The position numbers and the translations under genes were made by a program. The notes beneath the pieces are model-generated. The model had not been told where the DNA came from. It ran no database searches and worked only from the letters and a program-made list of their open reading frames with translations. This document shows, one piece after another, positions 1 through 9,319 of a stretch of 64,000 nucleotides of DNA. How positions within the stretch are numbered: the stretch's first letter is position 1; each line of letters starts with the position of its first letter. Origin of the DNA: Nannocystis bainbridge (lineage in GTDB: Bacteria; Myxococcota_A; Polyangia; Nannocystales; Nannocystaceae); assembly GCF_028368995.1 (NCBI RefSeq), contig NZ_JAQNDL010000001.1, forward strand, positions 2,944,001 to 3,008,000, given 5' to 3'.

Positions 1-1374
1 CGGATGCCCTGGTGCGAGATCTGCGGCGGCGCGCATGCGGCACGGGCAAACGACAGGTCAGCCGGCGACGCCGCGCCGCGCCTCGACGCCGCGCGCACGC
101 CGGAGGAGCTGCGACGGATGCTCGTGGGTGTGGTCGACGCACGAGTGGGGATCGTGCGACAGGTCGAGATGGATCTGCTCAATCCAGTGAACGCGCCCGA
201 TCTGCCGATCACGGCGACGGCGGTCCTCGGGCAGTACACGGACGGTCATTATCGATCGTCGCATTGTGGGGTGCCGAAGCTCGGCTCAGGAAAGGGCAGC
301 ACGCTCGTCGAGGCGATGATCGGCGCGGTGGGAGAGGCGGTCGAACGCTATTCGGCGGGACGCTTCCGCGCCCGTGACTTGCTGCGCACGGCAGTCGGCG
401 CGATGACGGGAGGCTTCATCGCCCCGGAGCGGCTCTGCTTGTACAGCGACGACCAGTACGCTCGACCCGGATTCCCGTATGCGCGGCTCGATCCGCGGAC
501 GCCGATCGACTGGACGCTGGGGCACTGGCTCGGGACGAGCAGCGTCGTGGCAGTGCCGGCGCTGCCGGTGTATTACAACTACCCGGCCCCGCCCGAGAGC
601 CACTTCTGTCAGGTCACCTCGAACGGGCTCGCCGCAGGTGCAGAGCTCGAGGACGCCTCGCTGCGGGCCGCGCTCGAGCTCGTCGAGCGCGACGCGTTCA
701 TGATCTCGTGGCTCGCGCGTCGACCGGGGCGGCGGCTGCGACTGAATCGTCCGTTGGACCCCGTCTCACAAGAGATCCTGCGGCAACTCGCAGAGCGCGG
801 CGTGCGGGTCGAACTGTACCTGCTCGACGTGGGCCTCGCGGTCCCCGTCGTGATGAGCGTGGGCCACGGCGACGGGGTTCGCTGGCCAGGCGCGACGGTC
901 GCTCTCGCCGCGCACCTGAGCCCGCGCAATGCGATCCGCAAGTCGATCCTCGAGCAAGCGCACGTCGGGCCGTATCTCCATCGCCTGATGATCTCTGGGA
1001 GCGTGGCGATCCCGGAGCGTCCAGAGGACGTGCATACGCTCGATGAGCACGCGCATTACTACTTCCCGCCGAGCCGGGCGTCCGCGTTCGCGTTCCTCGG
1101 CGCGGGGGGCACGATCGCGGCCAGCGACCTCGAAGAGCCGGAAGATCTGTCTCTGGCCGGGCTCGTGAGGCGGATCGAAGCCGCTGGGCTGCGTGTCGCC
1201 GTCGTCGACGTCACGTCCCCGGACCTCGCGCCTACGCCGTTCCGGGTGGTCAGGGCGGTGGGGCCCGATTTCCAGCAGATCCATTTCGGTCACCTCCTCG
1301 CGCGCCTCGGTAACCCACGCCTGGCGGCGATGGCTTCGCAGGGGATCAACCCCGACCCGCACCCAATGGCTTGA
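1..1374 (+). CDS. YcaO-family cyclodehydratase, C-terminal part of a fused E1-YcaO (TOMM C-D) protein; 5'-truncated by the window edge
   Basis: YcaO motifs GSGKG, GEAVERYS, SNGLAAG, ELVERDA and a Pro-rich C-terminus (NPDPHPMA) typical of azoline-forming YcaOs. It begins with PWCEICG, the terminal CxxC of an E1-like domain, and the frame is open to position 1. Confidence 0.9.
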   Translation, partial: RMPWCEICGGAHAARANDRSAGDAAPRLDAARTPEELRRMLVGVVDARVGIVRQVEMDLLNPVNAPDLPITATAVLGQYTDGHYRSSHCGVPKLGSGKGSTLVEAMIGAVGEAVERYSAGRFRARDLLRTAVGAMTGGFIAPERLCLYSDDQYARPGFPYARLDPRTPIDWTLGHWLGTSSVVAVPALPVYYNYPAPPESHFCQVTSNGLAAGAELEDASLRAALELVERDAFMISWLARRPGRRLRLNRPLDPVSQEILRQLAERGVRVELYLLDVGLAVPVVMSVGHGDGVRWPGATVALAAHLSPRNAIRKSILEQAHVGPYLHRLMISGSVAIPERPEDVHTLDEHAHYYFPPSRASAFAFLGAGGTIAASDLEEPEDLSLAGLVRRIEAAGLRVAVVDVTSPDLAPTPFRVVRAVGPDFQQIHFGHLLARLGNPRLAAMASQGINPDPHPMA

Positions 1375-1384
1375 GGAGAGCACC

Positions 1385-2149
1385 ATGGCCCGGAGCAATG
1401 AGACGAACATCGCGCGGCTCTATCACCTTCACTCTTCGCACGTGCGGGCGCGCAGCGTCGACCCGGCGCACGAGGTCGACCTGCACCCGCCGCGGTTCCG
1501 CGTCTACCCTGGTTCGCTGCGCGTGGCCCTCCCGGGGCGAGACTTCGCACTCGACGCGCCGCTCGGCGCGGTGCTCGAGCGTCGGCGTTCATTGCGCGAG
1601 TACGTGCGTGCGACGATGCCGCTGGAGACGCTCGGTCGGCTGCTCTACGCCAGCTACGGGGTCCGCGGCAGCCGCGAAGTCGAAGGGGACCTCAACTACG
1701 AGCGCTCCGCGCCTTCGGCCGGGGCCCGCTATCCGCTGGAGATCTATCTTGCGACGCAATCCGTGGAGGGCGTCGAGGATGGCATCTATCATTACGACCC
1801 CCGCGCACATGAGCTCGAGCTGCGGCGCGTCGGCCTCGCGCAGCCGACCCTGATGGATCTGGCGATCGGCCAGGCGATGGTCGGGGAGGCCAATGTGGTG
1901 CTGATCATTACCGCGTTGGCGATGCGCACGATGTGGAAGTACGGCCAGCGCGGCTATCGTTACCTGTTCCTCGACGCCGGGCATCTCGGCCAGAACGTGT
2001 ACCTCTCGGCGACGGCGCTCGGCCTGTGCCCGGCGGCTCTGGGCGGATTCTTCGACGGCGAGCTGAATGCGCTGCTCGAGCTGCCGAGCGACGAGGAGGC
2101 GATCTACCTCATATGTGTCGGTCAGCCCGCGCCGGGGTCGCCCCCGTGA
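1385..2149 (+). CDS. SagB/ThcOx-family FMN-dependent azoline dehydrogenase
   Basis: RRRSLREY, RSAPSAGARYPLEIY, WKYGQRGYRYLFLDAGH. RBS GAGGAG precedes ATG 1385, immediately after YcaO. Confidence 0.9.
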   Translation: MARSNETNIARLYHLHSSHVRARSVDPAHEVDLHPPRFRVYPGSLRVALPGRDFALDAPLGAVLERRRSLREYVRATMPLETLGRLLYASYGVRGSREVEGDLNYERSAPSAGARYPLEIYLATQSVEGVEDGIYHYDPRAHELELRRVGLAQPTLMDLAIGQAMVGEANVVLIITALAMRTMWKYGQRGYRYLFLDAGHLGQNVYLSATALGLCPAALGGFFDGELNALLELPSDEEAIYLICVGQPAPGSPP

Positions 2150-2178
2150 CAAGACGCGAAGTTTCAGAGGAGAACGTC

Positions 2179-3213
2179 GTGCCCAACATTCGTCTCAGCC
2201 GCTCGGCCAGCATGACACAGACGGGCGAGGGGGTCATCCTCCGCTCGGATCTCGGCACCTTCCAGATCACCGGCCCTGATATGGTCGCATTCCTCGAGCT
2301 CATGATCCCTCTGCTCGATGGGTCGCGCGATCGCGAGGCGTTGTTTCACGCGCTCAGCGGCTATTCGCGGCCGAGCGTGGGCGCGTTCCTCGATCTGTTG
2401 CAGAACCACGGCCTGATCGAGGCGGTGAACGACGCCGCGACGTTCCCCGGGCGCCTACGCGGGCAGCAGGAGTTTCTCGGCAAGTGGTCCGTGACCCCGA
2501 AGCGGACGCTCGAGCGATTGGCAGCCGCTCGAGTGCTGGTGATCGGCCTCGAGCCCTGGGGGGCGTCGGCGGCCGCCGAGCTGTCCGCGGCCGGGATCGC
2601 CGGGCTGCACCTGGTCGACGACGGCGAGCTGGGCCCACGCGACCTCACGGCCCTGCGGGGGCGCGGCGAGGCGGTCCTCGGGGCCACGCGGCGGGAGGTT
2701 ATGGCGGCGTTGCTGCGGGAGCGCGCACCGTGGTGCCGGATCGAGGACAGCTCGCTCGCGGCGCTCGAGGCGACGCCGGCCGCCGGGACCCCTGGATCGT
2801 GGGATCTCATCATCGTGGCGATCCGTCCGGACGACCTCGTACGAATGGAGCGCGTGGCGAGGTTCGCCCACCGCAGCGGGACGCCGTCCCTGTGGTCACA
2901 CCTCGACGGTGAGACGGCGATCCTCGGCCCGCTGGTGGCGCCGGGGAAGACCGCCTGCCCGCTGTGCGCACTGACCGAGGTGTTGCAGCCTCCCCGCACA
3001 CCCGTCCCCGGCCCATCCTCCCCTGTCTGTGCCGACGCGGCGGCACAGCTGCTCGGGCACCTGGTCGCCATCGAGGCGGTCAAGGCGATCACCGAGTACA
3101 CCCTCCCGAGGATCGGCGGACGCATGCTGGTCCAGCAGCTCGCCACCCTCGAGGCGTCGATCCACACGCTGGTGCGATTGCCGTGGTGTCGCGTCTGCGG
3201 CGAACGACCCTGA
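2179..3213 (+). CDS. Stand-alone E1/ThiF-like TOMM leader-binding protein with probable N-terminal RRE
   Basis: PLLDGSR (RRE-like), ARVLVIG, GPLVAPGKTACPLC, C-terminal LPWCRVCG. GTG 2179 follows GAGGAG; alternative GTG at 2146 overlaps the upstream stop. Confidence 0.8.
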   Translation: MPNIRLSRSASMTQTGEGVILRSDLGTFQITGPDMVAFLELMIPLLDGSRDREALFHALSGYSRPSVGAFLDLLQNHGLIEAVNDAATFPGRLRGQQEFLGKWSVTPKRTLERLAAARVLVIGLEPWGASAAAELSAAGIAGLHLVDDGELGPRDLTALRGRGEAVLGATRREVMAALLRERAPWCRIEDSSLAALEATPAAGTPGSWDLIIVAIRPDDLVRMERVARFAHRSGTPSLWSHLDGETAILGPLVAPGKTACPLCALTEVLQPPRTPVPGPSSPVCADAAAQLLGHLVAIEAVKAITEYTLPRIGGRMLVQQLATLEASIHTLVRLPWCRVCGERP

Positions 3214-3440
3214 TCGGTCGCCTGCGGAGGCGAGCCCCGTCACGCCGACCGAGCAGACGCCGCGCACGAAGAGAGCGAGCGCGCGGCGTTCCTGTGCACG
3301 CGCCGGCTGCGGACCCGCGCGACCGAGCGGCCTGGCGCTCTGTGTGCATACGCTGCGGCGGCGAATGTGAGCAGTCGAGGGCGCTGCGAATGTTGCGCGC
3401 GCCCGGGCCCGCGCCACGGTGACGGGAAGCGCCTGTCGCC

Positions 3441-4739
3441 ATGATCTACTTCATGTTCGCCACCGGCATCGAGAACAGCTGCCCGACGGTCGGCGGCCGC
3501 AGGGTCGACGAGATGGCGAAGTGCCGGCATTACGAGCTCTGGCGGCGCGACTTCGACCTCGTGGACGAGTGCGAGATCCGCTACTTGCGGTACGGCCCGC
3601 CCATCTACCGGACCTGGCTCGGCCCGGGCAGGTACGACTGGGAATTCGCCGACGAGACCTTCGCCGAGCTGCGCCGGCGGGACATCCTCCCGATCACCGA
3701 CCTCTGCCACTTCGGCGTGCCGGATTGGCTCGGCGACTACCAGAACCCCGAATTCCCGGCGCTGTTCGCCGACTATGCCCGCGCGTTCGCCGAGCGGTTC
3801 CCGTGGGTCCAGCTCTACACGCCCATCAACGAGATGTACATCTGCGCCCTGTTCTCGGCCAAGTACGGCTGGTGGAACGAGCAGTTGAAGACGGACCGGG
3901 CGTTCGTGACGGCGCTCAAGCACATCGTCAAGGCCAACGTGCTGGCGATGGGCCGGATCCTCGAGGTGCGGCCCGACGCGATCTTCATCCAGAGCGAGTC
4001 CAGCGAGTATTACCACGCCCAGAACCCCGCGGCGATCCATCCGGCGGAGACCCTCAACGCGGTGCGGTTCCTGTCGCTCGACTTGAACTACGGGCACCGC
4101 GTCAATTCTACGATGTACGAGTATCTGTTCGACAACGGCTTGACGCGCGACGAGTACCACTTCTTCCTCACCGGCGGGCTCAAGCACCACTGCGTGATGG
4201 GTAACGACTATTATACGACGAACGAGCATTTGGTCCACCCCGACGGCACGACCGAGGCGTCCGGCGAGATCTTCGGCTATGCGGTCATCACGGGTCAGTA
4301 CTATGACCGCTACCGCCTGCCGATCATGCACACCGAGACCAACCTCATGGAGGGTCCGGACAAGAACGAGCCGATCCGGTGGCTGCGGAAGCAGTGGGCC
4401 AACGTCCTGCGCGTGCGCAACGACGGCCTGCCGATCGTCGGCTTCACCTGGTATTCGCTCGTCGACCAGGTCGACTGGGACACCGCGCTGCGCGAGGACA
4501 ACGGACGCGTCAACCCGCTGGGCCTGTGCGACCTCGACCGCAAGCTGCGCCCGGTCGGCGAGGTCTACCGGCAGTTGATCGCGGAGTGGCGCGAGGTCCT
4601 GCCGACGCAGAGCGTCGTGCTCGGCCTGCCCGTGCGCCCGCCGAGCCAGCACGACGACGCTTCCACGCGCGACCTCGTCGCCAGCGCGCGCAGCCGCGAG
4701 CGACGCTACCAACACGCGCCGTCGAACGATCCATCGTGA
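3441..4739 (+). CDS. Glycoside hydrolase family 1-like protein
   Basis: FATGIE N-terminus, DLCHFGVPDW, acid/base TPINEM, nucleophile HTETN, GFTWYSLVDQVDW. Confidence 0.85.
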   Translation: MIYFMFATGIENSCPTVGGRRVDEMAKCRHYELWRRDFDLVDECEIRYLRYGPPIYRTWLGPGRYDWEFADETFAELRRRDILPITDLCHFGVPDWLGDYQNPEFPALFADYARAFAERFPWVQLYTPINEMYICALFSAKYGWWNEQLKTDRAFVTALKHIVKANVLAMGRILEVRPDAIFIQSESSEYYHAQNPAAIHPAETLNAVRFLSLDLNYGHRVNSTMYEYLFDNGLTRDEYHFFLTGGLKHHCVMGNDYYTTNEHLVHPDGTTEASGEIFGYAVITGQYYDRYRLPIMHTETNLMEGPDKNEPIRWLRKQWANVLRVRNDGLPIVGFTWYSLVDQVDWDTALREDNGRVNPLGLCDLDRKLRPVGEVYRQLIAEWREVLPTQSVVLGLPVRPPSQHDDASTRDLVASARSRERRYQHAPSNDPS

Positions 4740-4753
4740 ACCAGGAGCCGGAC

Positions 4754-5524
4754 ATGCCTGACGCGCCCGAGAGCTCTCCACCCAGCCGCCGCTTCGCCGG
4801 CAAGGCCGCGATCGTGACCGGTGGCGCCAGCGGCATCGGCCTCGCCGCGGCCCGCCGGCTCGCCGCCGAGGGGGCCAGGCTGGTGCTCGCCGACATGCAC
4901 GGGGAGGCCGCGAGGTCCGCCGCCGAGGCGCTCGTCGCCGCGGGGGCCCCCGAGGCGTTCGGCGTCACGTGCGACGTGGGCAAGGCCGAGCAGGTCGATG
5001 CGTGCATGCGTCAGGCGCTCGACCGCTTCGGCGCCGTCGACGTGATCGTCAACAACGCGGGCCTGATGACCTTCAAGCCGTTCATCGACCTGACCGGCGC
5101 CGACTGGGCGCGCGTGCTCGGCGTCGACTTGATGGGCGCGTTCTTCTTCATTCAGCAGGGCCTCGTGCACATGAAGCCGGGCGGGGCGATCGTCAACGTG
5201 TCGAGCATCCACGCCCGCGAGACCGAGCCGCATGTCGCCCCGTACGCGGCGGCCAAGGCGGCCCTGGTGTCGCTGACGCGCAGCGCAGCGATCGAGGGCA
5301 AGCCGCGGGGGATCCGCGTCAACGCCGTCCTGCCCGGGGCGATCGACACGCCGATGCTGTGGGAGAACCCCAATGTGAAGTCCGGCGTCGAGCGGATCGA
5401 TCGCTCCGAGGTGGGCCGGCCCGAGGACATCGCCGCCGCCATCGCGTTCCTGGCCGCCCCGGAGGCGGCGTTCGTGCGAGGAACCGCGGTCGTCGTCGAT
5501 GGCGGCCGGCTCGCGCGCCTGTGA
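4754..5524 (+). CDS. SDR-family oxidoreductase
   Basis: TGGASGIG, NNAG, YAAAK, VNAVLPGAIDT. Confidence 0.92.
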   Translation: MPDAPESSPPSRRFAGKAAIVTGGASGIGLAAARRLAAEGARLVLADMHGEAARSAAEALVAAGAPEAFGVTCDVGKAEQVDACMRQALDRFGAVDVIVNNAGLMTFKPFIDLTGADWARVLGVDLMGAFFFIQQGLVHMKPGGAIVNVSSIHARETEPHVAPYAAAKAALVSLTRSAAIEGKPRGIRVNAVLPGAIDTPMLWENPNVKSGVERIDRSEVGRPEDIAAAIAFLAAPEAAFVRGTAVVVDGGRLARL

Positions 5525-5543
5525 TCGCGAGGACGAGGTGCGC

Positions 5544-5927
5544 TCAATGGGGCTTCGGCTCGGCGGGCTCCCAGGTCTCATTCTGGATGTCGTGCACGGT
5601 GAAGTTACCCTTCATGAAGTAGTCGCTCGCAAACTCGGAGGCGGTCATCGAGACCTCCATCGTCCCCGACTCGCCATGCCCGGTGAAGAACAGACCGTTG
5701 GCGGTGAGCAGGGCTTCCGCGTCCTCGTCTTCGTTGGAGAACCGCCCCGACCCCGTCTCGCTGTATTTCCGGCGTCCGAGGTGCTTGCGAATCATCGCCA
5801 GTTGGTCGTCCGAGAACTTCGGCAGCCCTGCAGCATTCTCGATGTAGGCGTCTCGCTGCTCCTGATCGGGCAGGTCGTGATAATCGGTCTTGACCTGGAC
5901 TGGATAGACGTGGATGTGCCAGCTCAT
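5544..5927 (-). CDS. Hypothetical protein (127 aa)
   Basis: MSWHIHVYPVQ... has natural protein composition, unlike the Arg/Ala-rich shadow frames; locally lower GC. Confidence 0.65.
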   Translation of the reverse strand: MSWHIHVYPVQVKTDYHDLPDQEQRDAYIENAAGLPKFSDDQLAMIRKHLGRRKYSETGSGRFSNEDEDAEALLTANGLFFTGHGESGTMEVSMTASEFASDYFMKGNFTVHDIQNETWEPAEPKPH

Positions 5928-6129
5928 GAATTTCCTGGGGTCGCGAACGAGGACCACCGTCCTCGCGCGCCGGCATCCTGCCACGGAGCGCCGACGCTGC
6001 GCAAGCGAGCGCGATGCACCCGCGAGAGTCGCCCTCGCCCCGGCTATTCTGATGAAGAACGCGCTCGCCGATGGATTGTCCGCGATTTCTGTTGACAGCG
6101 GGTGGAGCTCCGACGCTACGATAAACGCC

Positions 6130-6846
6130 ATGACAGTGTACGCGCGCTACAGCGACCTGATCAGGACGATTCCATCTGAGGGAATTCAGATGCGCACCCG
6201 CCCCGTGGTGGTGGCGCCGGATGCGGAGGCGCTCGCGTTCGAGATCGCGGATTGGTCGATTCACCTGACCGACGGTCTTCACGCGTACTTGACGAACCTG
6301 TCGCGGGTGAAGATCTCATGGCATCTCGTTCCTGATTCGGCTCTGGCGCGCGCGCTGGAAGCCGACGCGTGGATCAGGTCGAACTATCTCGACCAGGGCT
6401 ACAGCTTCAGCTTTTTGGACGAGCTCTTGAGTGGAGACATGGCCTATCTCGACATCGGGTCGATGATTCTCGAAAACCGCGCGCCAGACGCTGGTTACAA
6501 GGGTGCGCTGCAATACTGCAAGATCGATGGGCAGCCGGTCGACGTCGGCGCGTTCTACCCCTTCGAGTACCATTGGGGCCTGGTCGCCTTGATCCAAAAG
6601 GATGCTTCGGGCGCCTTGAGCGACCAGGTGTGGCTCCTTCAGCAAGAGCAAGACCCGTGGCTCGTCGATATGAAGCTGACACTCGCGCAGTACGTCGAGC
6701 TCGCCTACAGGGCACGGGGCTTCCACCATTGGCAGCTCGCCTACCTGAACCGCCGTGACCCGACGTTCGCACGGATGAAGTTCGCGTTGCCGAAGATGTT
6801 CCCGACCGCGACCTTCGGGGAGTCCATCTTCGAACCGAGTCCATGA
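6130..6846 (+). CDS. Hypothetical protein, possibly SUKH/SMI1-KNR4-like immunity protein
   Basis: Natural composition; LTDGLHAYLTNLSRVKISW and LTLAQYVELAYRARGFHHWQ resemble SUKH-type termini (pattern recall only). Confidence 0.6.
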   Translation: MTVYARYSDLIRTIPSEGIQMRTRPVVVAPDAEALAFEIADWSIHLTDGLHAYLTNLSRVKISWHLVPDSALARALEADAWIRSNYLDQGYSFSFLDELLSGDMAYLDIGSMILENRAPDAGYKGALQYCKIDGQPVDVGAFYPFEYHWGLVALIQKDASGALSDQVWLLQQEQDPWLVDMKLTLAQYVELAYRARGFHHWQLAYLNRRDPTFARMKFALPKMFPTATFGESIFEPSP

Positions 6847-6952
6847 TCCCGCTGTAGATCTTGGATCGAGCGGGCGAATCGAGCGAATCGCGGTTCGGCC
6901 CGCGAGGGCTGCTTCGTTCGGCGGCGGGCGTGGTACCGTCGCGGGCCCCGTC

Positions 6953-8176
6953 ATGCCGCTGCGATCGCTCTTCGCGGGCTTGCTGGCCGCCGCCCAGGTG
7001 CCCGAACCGTTGCCGCCCGCGAGCGGCGCCGCGATCGAGTGGCGCGCACCGGCGTCGTGTCCGGATCGCGGCGCGCTGCTGCGGGCGATCGAGACCCGGC
7101 TCGGTCGATCGCTGCGGCCCGGCGAGCTCGGCGTCGACGGTGTCGTCACGGTCCACGCGACCCCGCCGCTGTACCGCCTGGCGCTGCGCCTGCGCGCGGG
7201 CGGGCCCGAGGAGCGGCGGACGCTGACCGCGGCGACCTGCGCCGCGCTGACCGACGCGACCGCCGTGCTCGTCGCGTCCGCGGTCGCTGCCCGGGCGCCC
7301 GGGGACCCGGGGGTCGGGCAGGCGCCCGCGGTGCCGGGGCCCGCGGGCGCCCGGCCGCGCGGCAAGCCGTCGATAGTGACCCCGGCGGGCGGCCACCCGG
7401 CAGCGACCCCGGCGGGCAGTGAGCCGGGAGCGACCCCGCCGGGCAGGGAGCCGGCGGGCCAGCCCGCGGGCGCGCTGGCGACCCCCGCGGAGGCCGTCGA
7501 GGACATCACGCCCTCCGGCCCGCCCGCGCCGGACGACCCGCCCGCGGCCGCCTGGGAGCCCGCGCCGCCGCCGGTGGTGCCAGGGACCGTCGAGGAGCGC
7601 GCCCTGGAGCCCGTGGAGCCGCTCGCGCCGCCAGCCGAGCCGGCGCGGCGGCCCGCGCTCGGGGGCTTCGTGCGCGTCCAGGGCGGGCCGGAGTACGGCG
7701 CGCTGCCCGGGATGACCGGCGCGGTCGGCCTGGCGGCGGGCCTGTTGTGGCGGCGAGCGCGGTTGGAGGTCCAGGGCGTCTGGCTCGCCCCGCGGACCGC
7801 CGACCGCGCCCAGGGCCAGCTACGGGCCTCGCTGGCGGCCGCGTCGGTCCAGGGCTGCGCGCGGCTGGGGCGCGGGCGGGTCGAGGCGCCGGTGTGCGGC
7901 GGGCTCGAGCTCGGCGGCATGCGCGGAGAAGCGCGCGGCGTACCCGACGCGCGCACGACCACCGGCCTGTGGCTGGCGGTGGTCGCCGGCGCCGGCGTCG
8001 CGGTGCGGCTCGGCGCGCGCTGGAGCCTGACGGGGGCCCTGCAGCTCGCCGGGGCGATCGTCGGTCCGGACTTTCAGGTGCGCGATCCGGGCCCGGCCGT
8101 GCGGCTGTTCGCGCCCGCCCCGGTGACCGGCCGGCTGCTCGTCGGGGTCGAGGTGCGGCTCGGCGATCCGCGGTGA
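6953..8176 (+). CDS. Secreted protein with Pro-rich linker and C-terminal outer-membrane beta-barrel-like region
   Basis: Signal-like N-terminus, WRAPASCP motif, alternating hydrophobic strands ending LLVGVEVRL; adjacent to an ECF sigma. Confidence 0.65.
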   Translation: MPLRSLFAGLLAAAQVPEPLPPASGAAIEWRAPASCPDRGALLRAIETRLGRSLRPGELGVDGVVTVHATPPLYRLALRLRAGGPEERRTLTAATCAALTDATAVLVASAVAARAPGDPGVGQAPAVPGPAGARPRGKPSIVTPAGGHPAATPAGSEPGATPPGREPAGQPAGALATPAEAVEDITPSGPPAPDDPPAAAWEPAPPPVVPGTVEERALEPVEPLAPPAEPARRPALGGFVRVQGGPEYGALPGMTGAVGLAAGLLWRRARLEVQGVWLAPRTADRAQGQLRASLAAASVQGCARLGRGRVEAPVCGGLELGGMRGEARGVPDARTTTGLWLAVVAGAGVAVRLGARWSLTGALQLAGAIVGPDFQVRDPGPAVRLFAPAPVTGRLLVGVEVRLGDPR

Positions 8177-8200
8177 CGGATCGCCGCGCGAGCCGGGCAA
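8171..8200 (+). promoter_or_regulatory. Putative ECF-sigma promoter, copy 1 (CGGTGACGGA-N8-CGAGCCGGGCAA)
   Basis: The flanking 10-bp and 12-bp blocks and their spacing are identical to 9281-9310; ends 15 nt before the sigma ATG. Confidence 0.6.
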
Positions 8201-8215
8201 TCTATCCGGAACAGC

Positions 8216-9286
8216 ATGTCCGCGGCCCGCCACACCGACCCGCAGCGCACCCGCGAGTTCCGCGCGATCTACCGGCGCGAGTTCGAGTTCGTGTGGGCGT
8301 CGGCGCGGCGCTTCGGGGTCGCCGCCGAGGCGGTCGACGACGCGGTCCAGGAGGTGTTTCTGACCGCCTACCGCCGCTTCGATCAGCTGCATTACGAGGT
8401 CTCGCCGCGGGCGTGGCTGTATGGCGTCACCCGCAGGGTCGCCGCCCACTACCGGCGCGGCGCGTCGCGGCGGGCCCGCAGGGTCGAGGCGCTGCGGATC
8501 TTGCCCCCGCCGCCCGAGTCGCCGCAGCAGCGCCTCGACGCCGCTCACCACCTCGATCACCTGCTCGACCGGCTCGGCCCCGGCACCCGCGTCGTGTTCG
8601 AGATGGTCGAGCTGCTCGGCATGAGCGGGCCCGAGGTCGCGGCCGAGCTCGGGCAGCCGCTCAACACCGTGTACTCGCGGCTGCGCCTGGCGCGGGGCCA
8701 GTTGCAGGCGCTCGTCGAGCCGCAGGAGCTGGCCGCCCGGGTCGCCGCCGCCCGCGAGCGCGAGGCGCCGCCGGCGGAGGCCGAGCAGCGGACGTGGGCG
8801 CTCGTGCTGCCGCTGCTCGGCAAGCCGGCCGCGAGCGTCGGCCTCGGCGCGTGGCTCACGGCGCGGGCTGGTTTTGCGACCACGCTCGTCGTGGCCGGCG
8901 GCGCGCTGGTCGTCGCGCTCGTCCGCAGCCCGCCGGCTCCCGCCCCGGCGCTGCCGGACCCGACCCCGACGCCGGTCCTCGCGGCCGCGCCGGCCCCCGC
9001 GGCCGCGCCGGCGCCCGGGCCCGACGCGCTCGCCCGCGAGGTCGCGCTGCTCGACCAGGCCCGGCTCGCCGCCGCCGACCCGCCGCGGGCGCTCGAGCTG
9101 CTCGCCCAGCACGCGCGCGAGTTCCCGCGCGGCGCGCTCGCCGACGCCCGCGAGGCCGCACGCATCGGCGCGATGTGCCGCCAGGGTCAAGTCGAAGCCG
9201 CCGAGGCGGCCGCGCGCGAGCTGCTCGCCGGATACCCCGCGTCGTCGATCGCCCGCCGCCACGAAAATTATCGCTGCACCCGGTGA
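8216..9286 (+). CDS. ECF sigma-70 factor fused to a TM helix and a TPR-like anti-sigma domain
   Basis: Region 2 DDAVQEVFL...AWLYGV; region 4 EVAAELGQPLNTVYSRLRLAR; TM TLVVAGGALVVALV; C-terminal LAREVALLDQAR...HAREFPRG. Confidence 0.85.
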   Translation: MSAARHTDPQRTREFRAIYRREFEFVWASARRFGVAAEAVDDAVQEVFLTAYRRFDQLHYEVSPRAWLYGVTRRVAAHYRRGASRRARRVEALRILPPPPESPQQRLDAAHHLDHLLDRLGPGTRVVFEMVELLGMSGPEVAAELGQPLNTVYSRLRLARGQLQALVEPQELAARVAAAREREAPPAEAEQRTWALVLPLLGKPAASVGLGAWLTARAGFATTLVVAGGALVVALVRSPPAPAPALPDPTPTPVLAAAPAPAAAPAPGPDALAREVALLDQARLAAADPPRALELLAQHAREFPRGALADAREAARIGAMCRQGQVEAAEAAARELLAGYPASSIARRHENYRCTR

Positions 9287-9310
9287 CGGACGGACCGACG
9301 AGCCGGGCAA
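9281..9310 (+). promoter_or_regulatory. Putative ECF-sigma promoter, copy 2
   Basis: cggtgacgga cggaccgacg agccgggcaa, directly upstream of the lipoprotein gene. Confidence 0.6.
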
Positions 9311-9319
9311 GTGGTGGAC

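Noticed and set aside
3214-3440. Possible RiPP precursor after the E1-like gene (frame containing VCIRCGGEC)
   Set aside because: No clear start or RBS, no leader-like sequence and no Cys/Ser/Thr-rich core.
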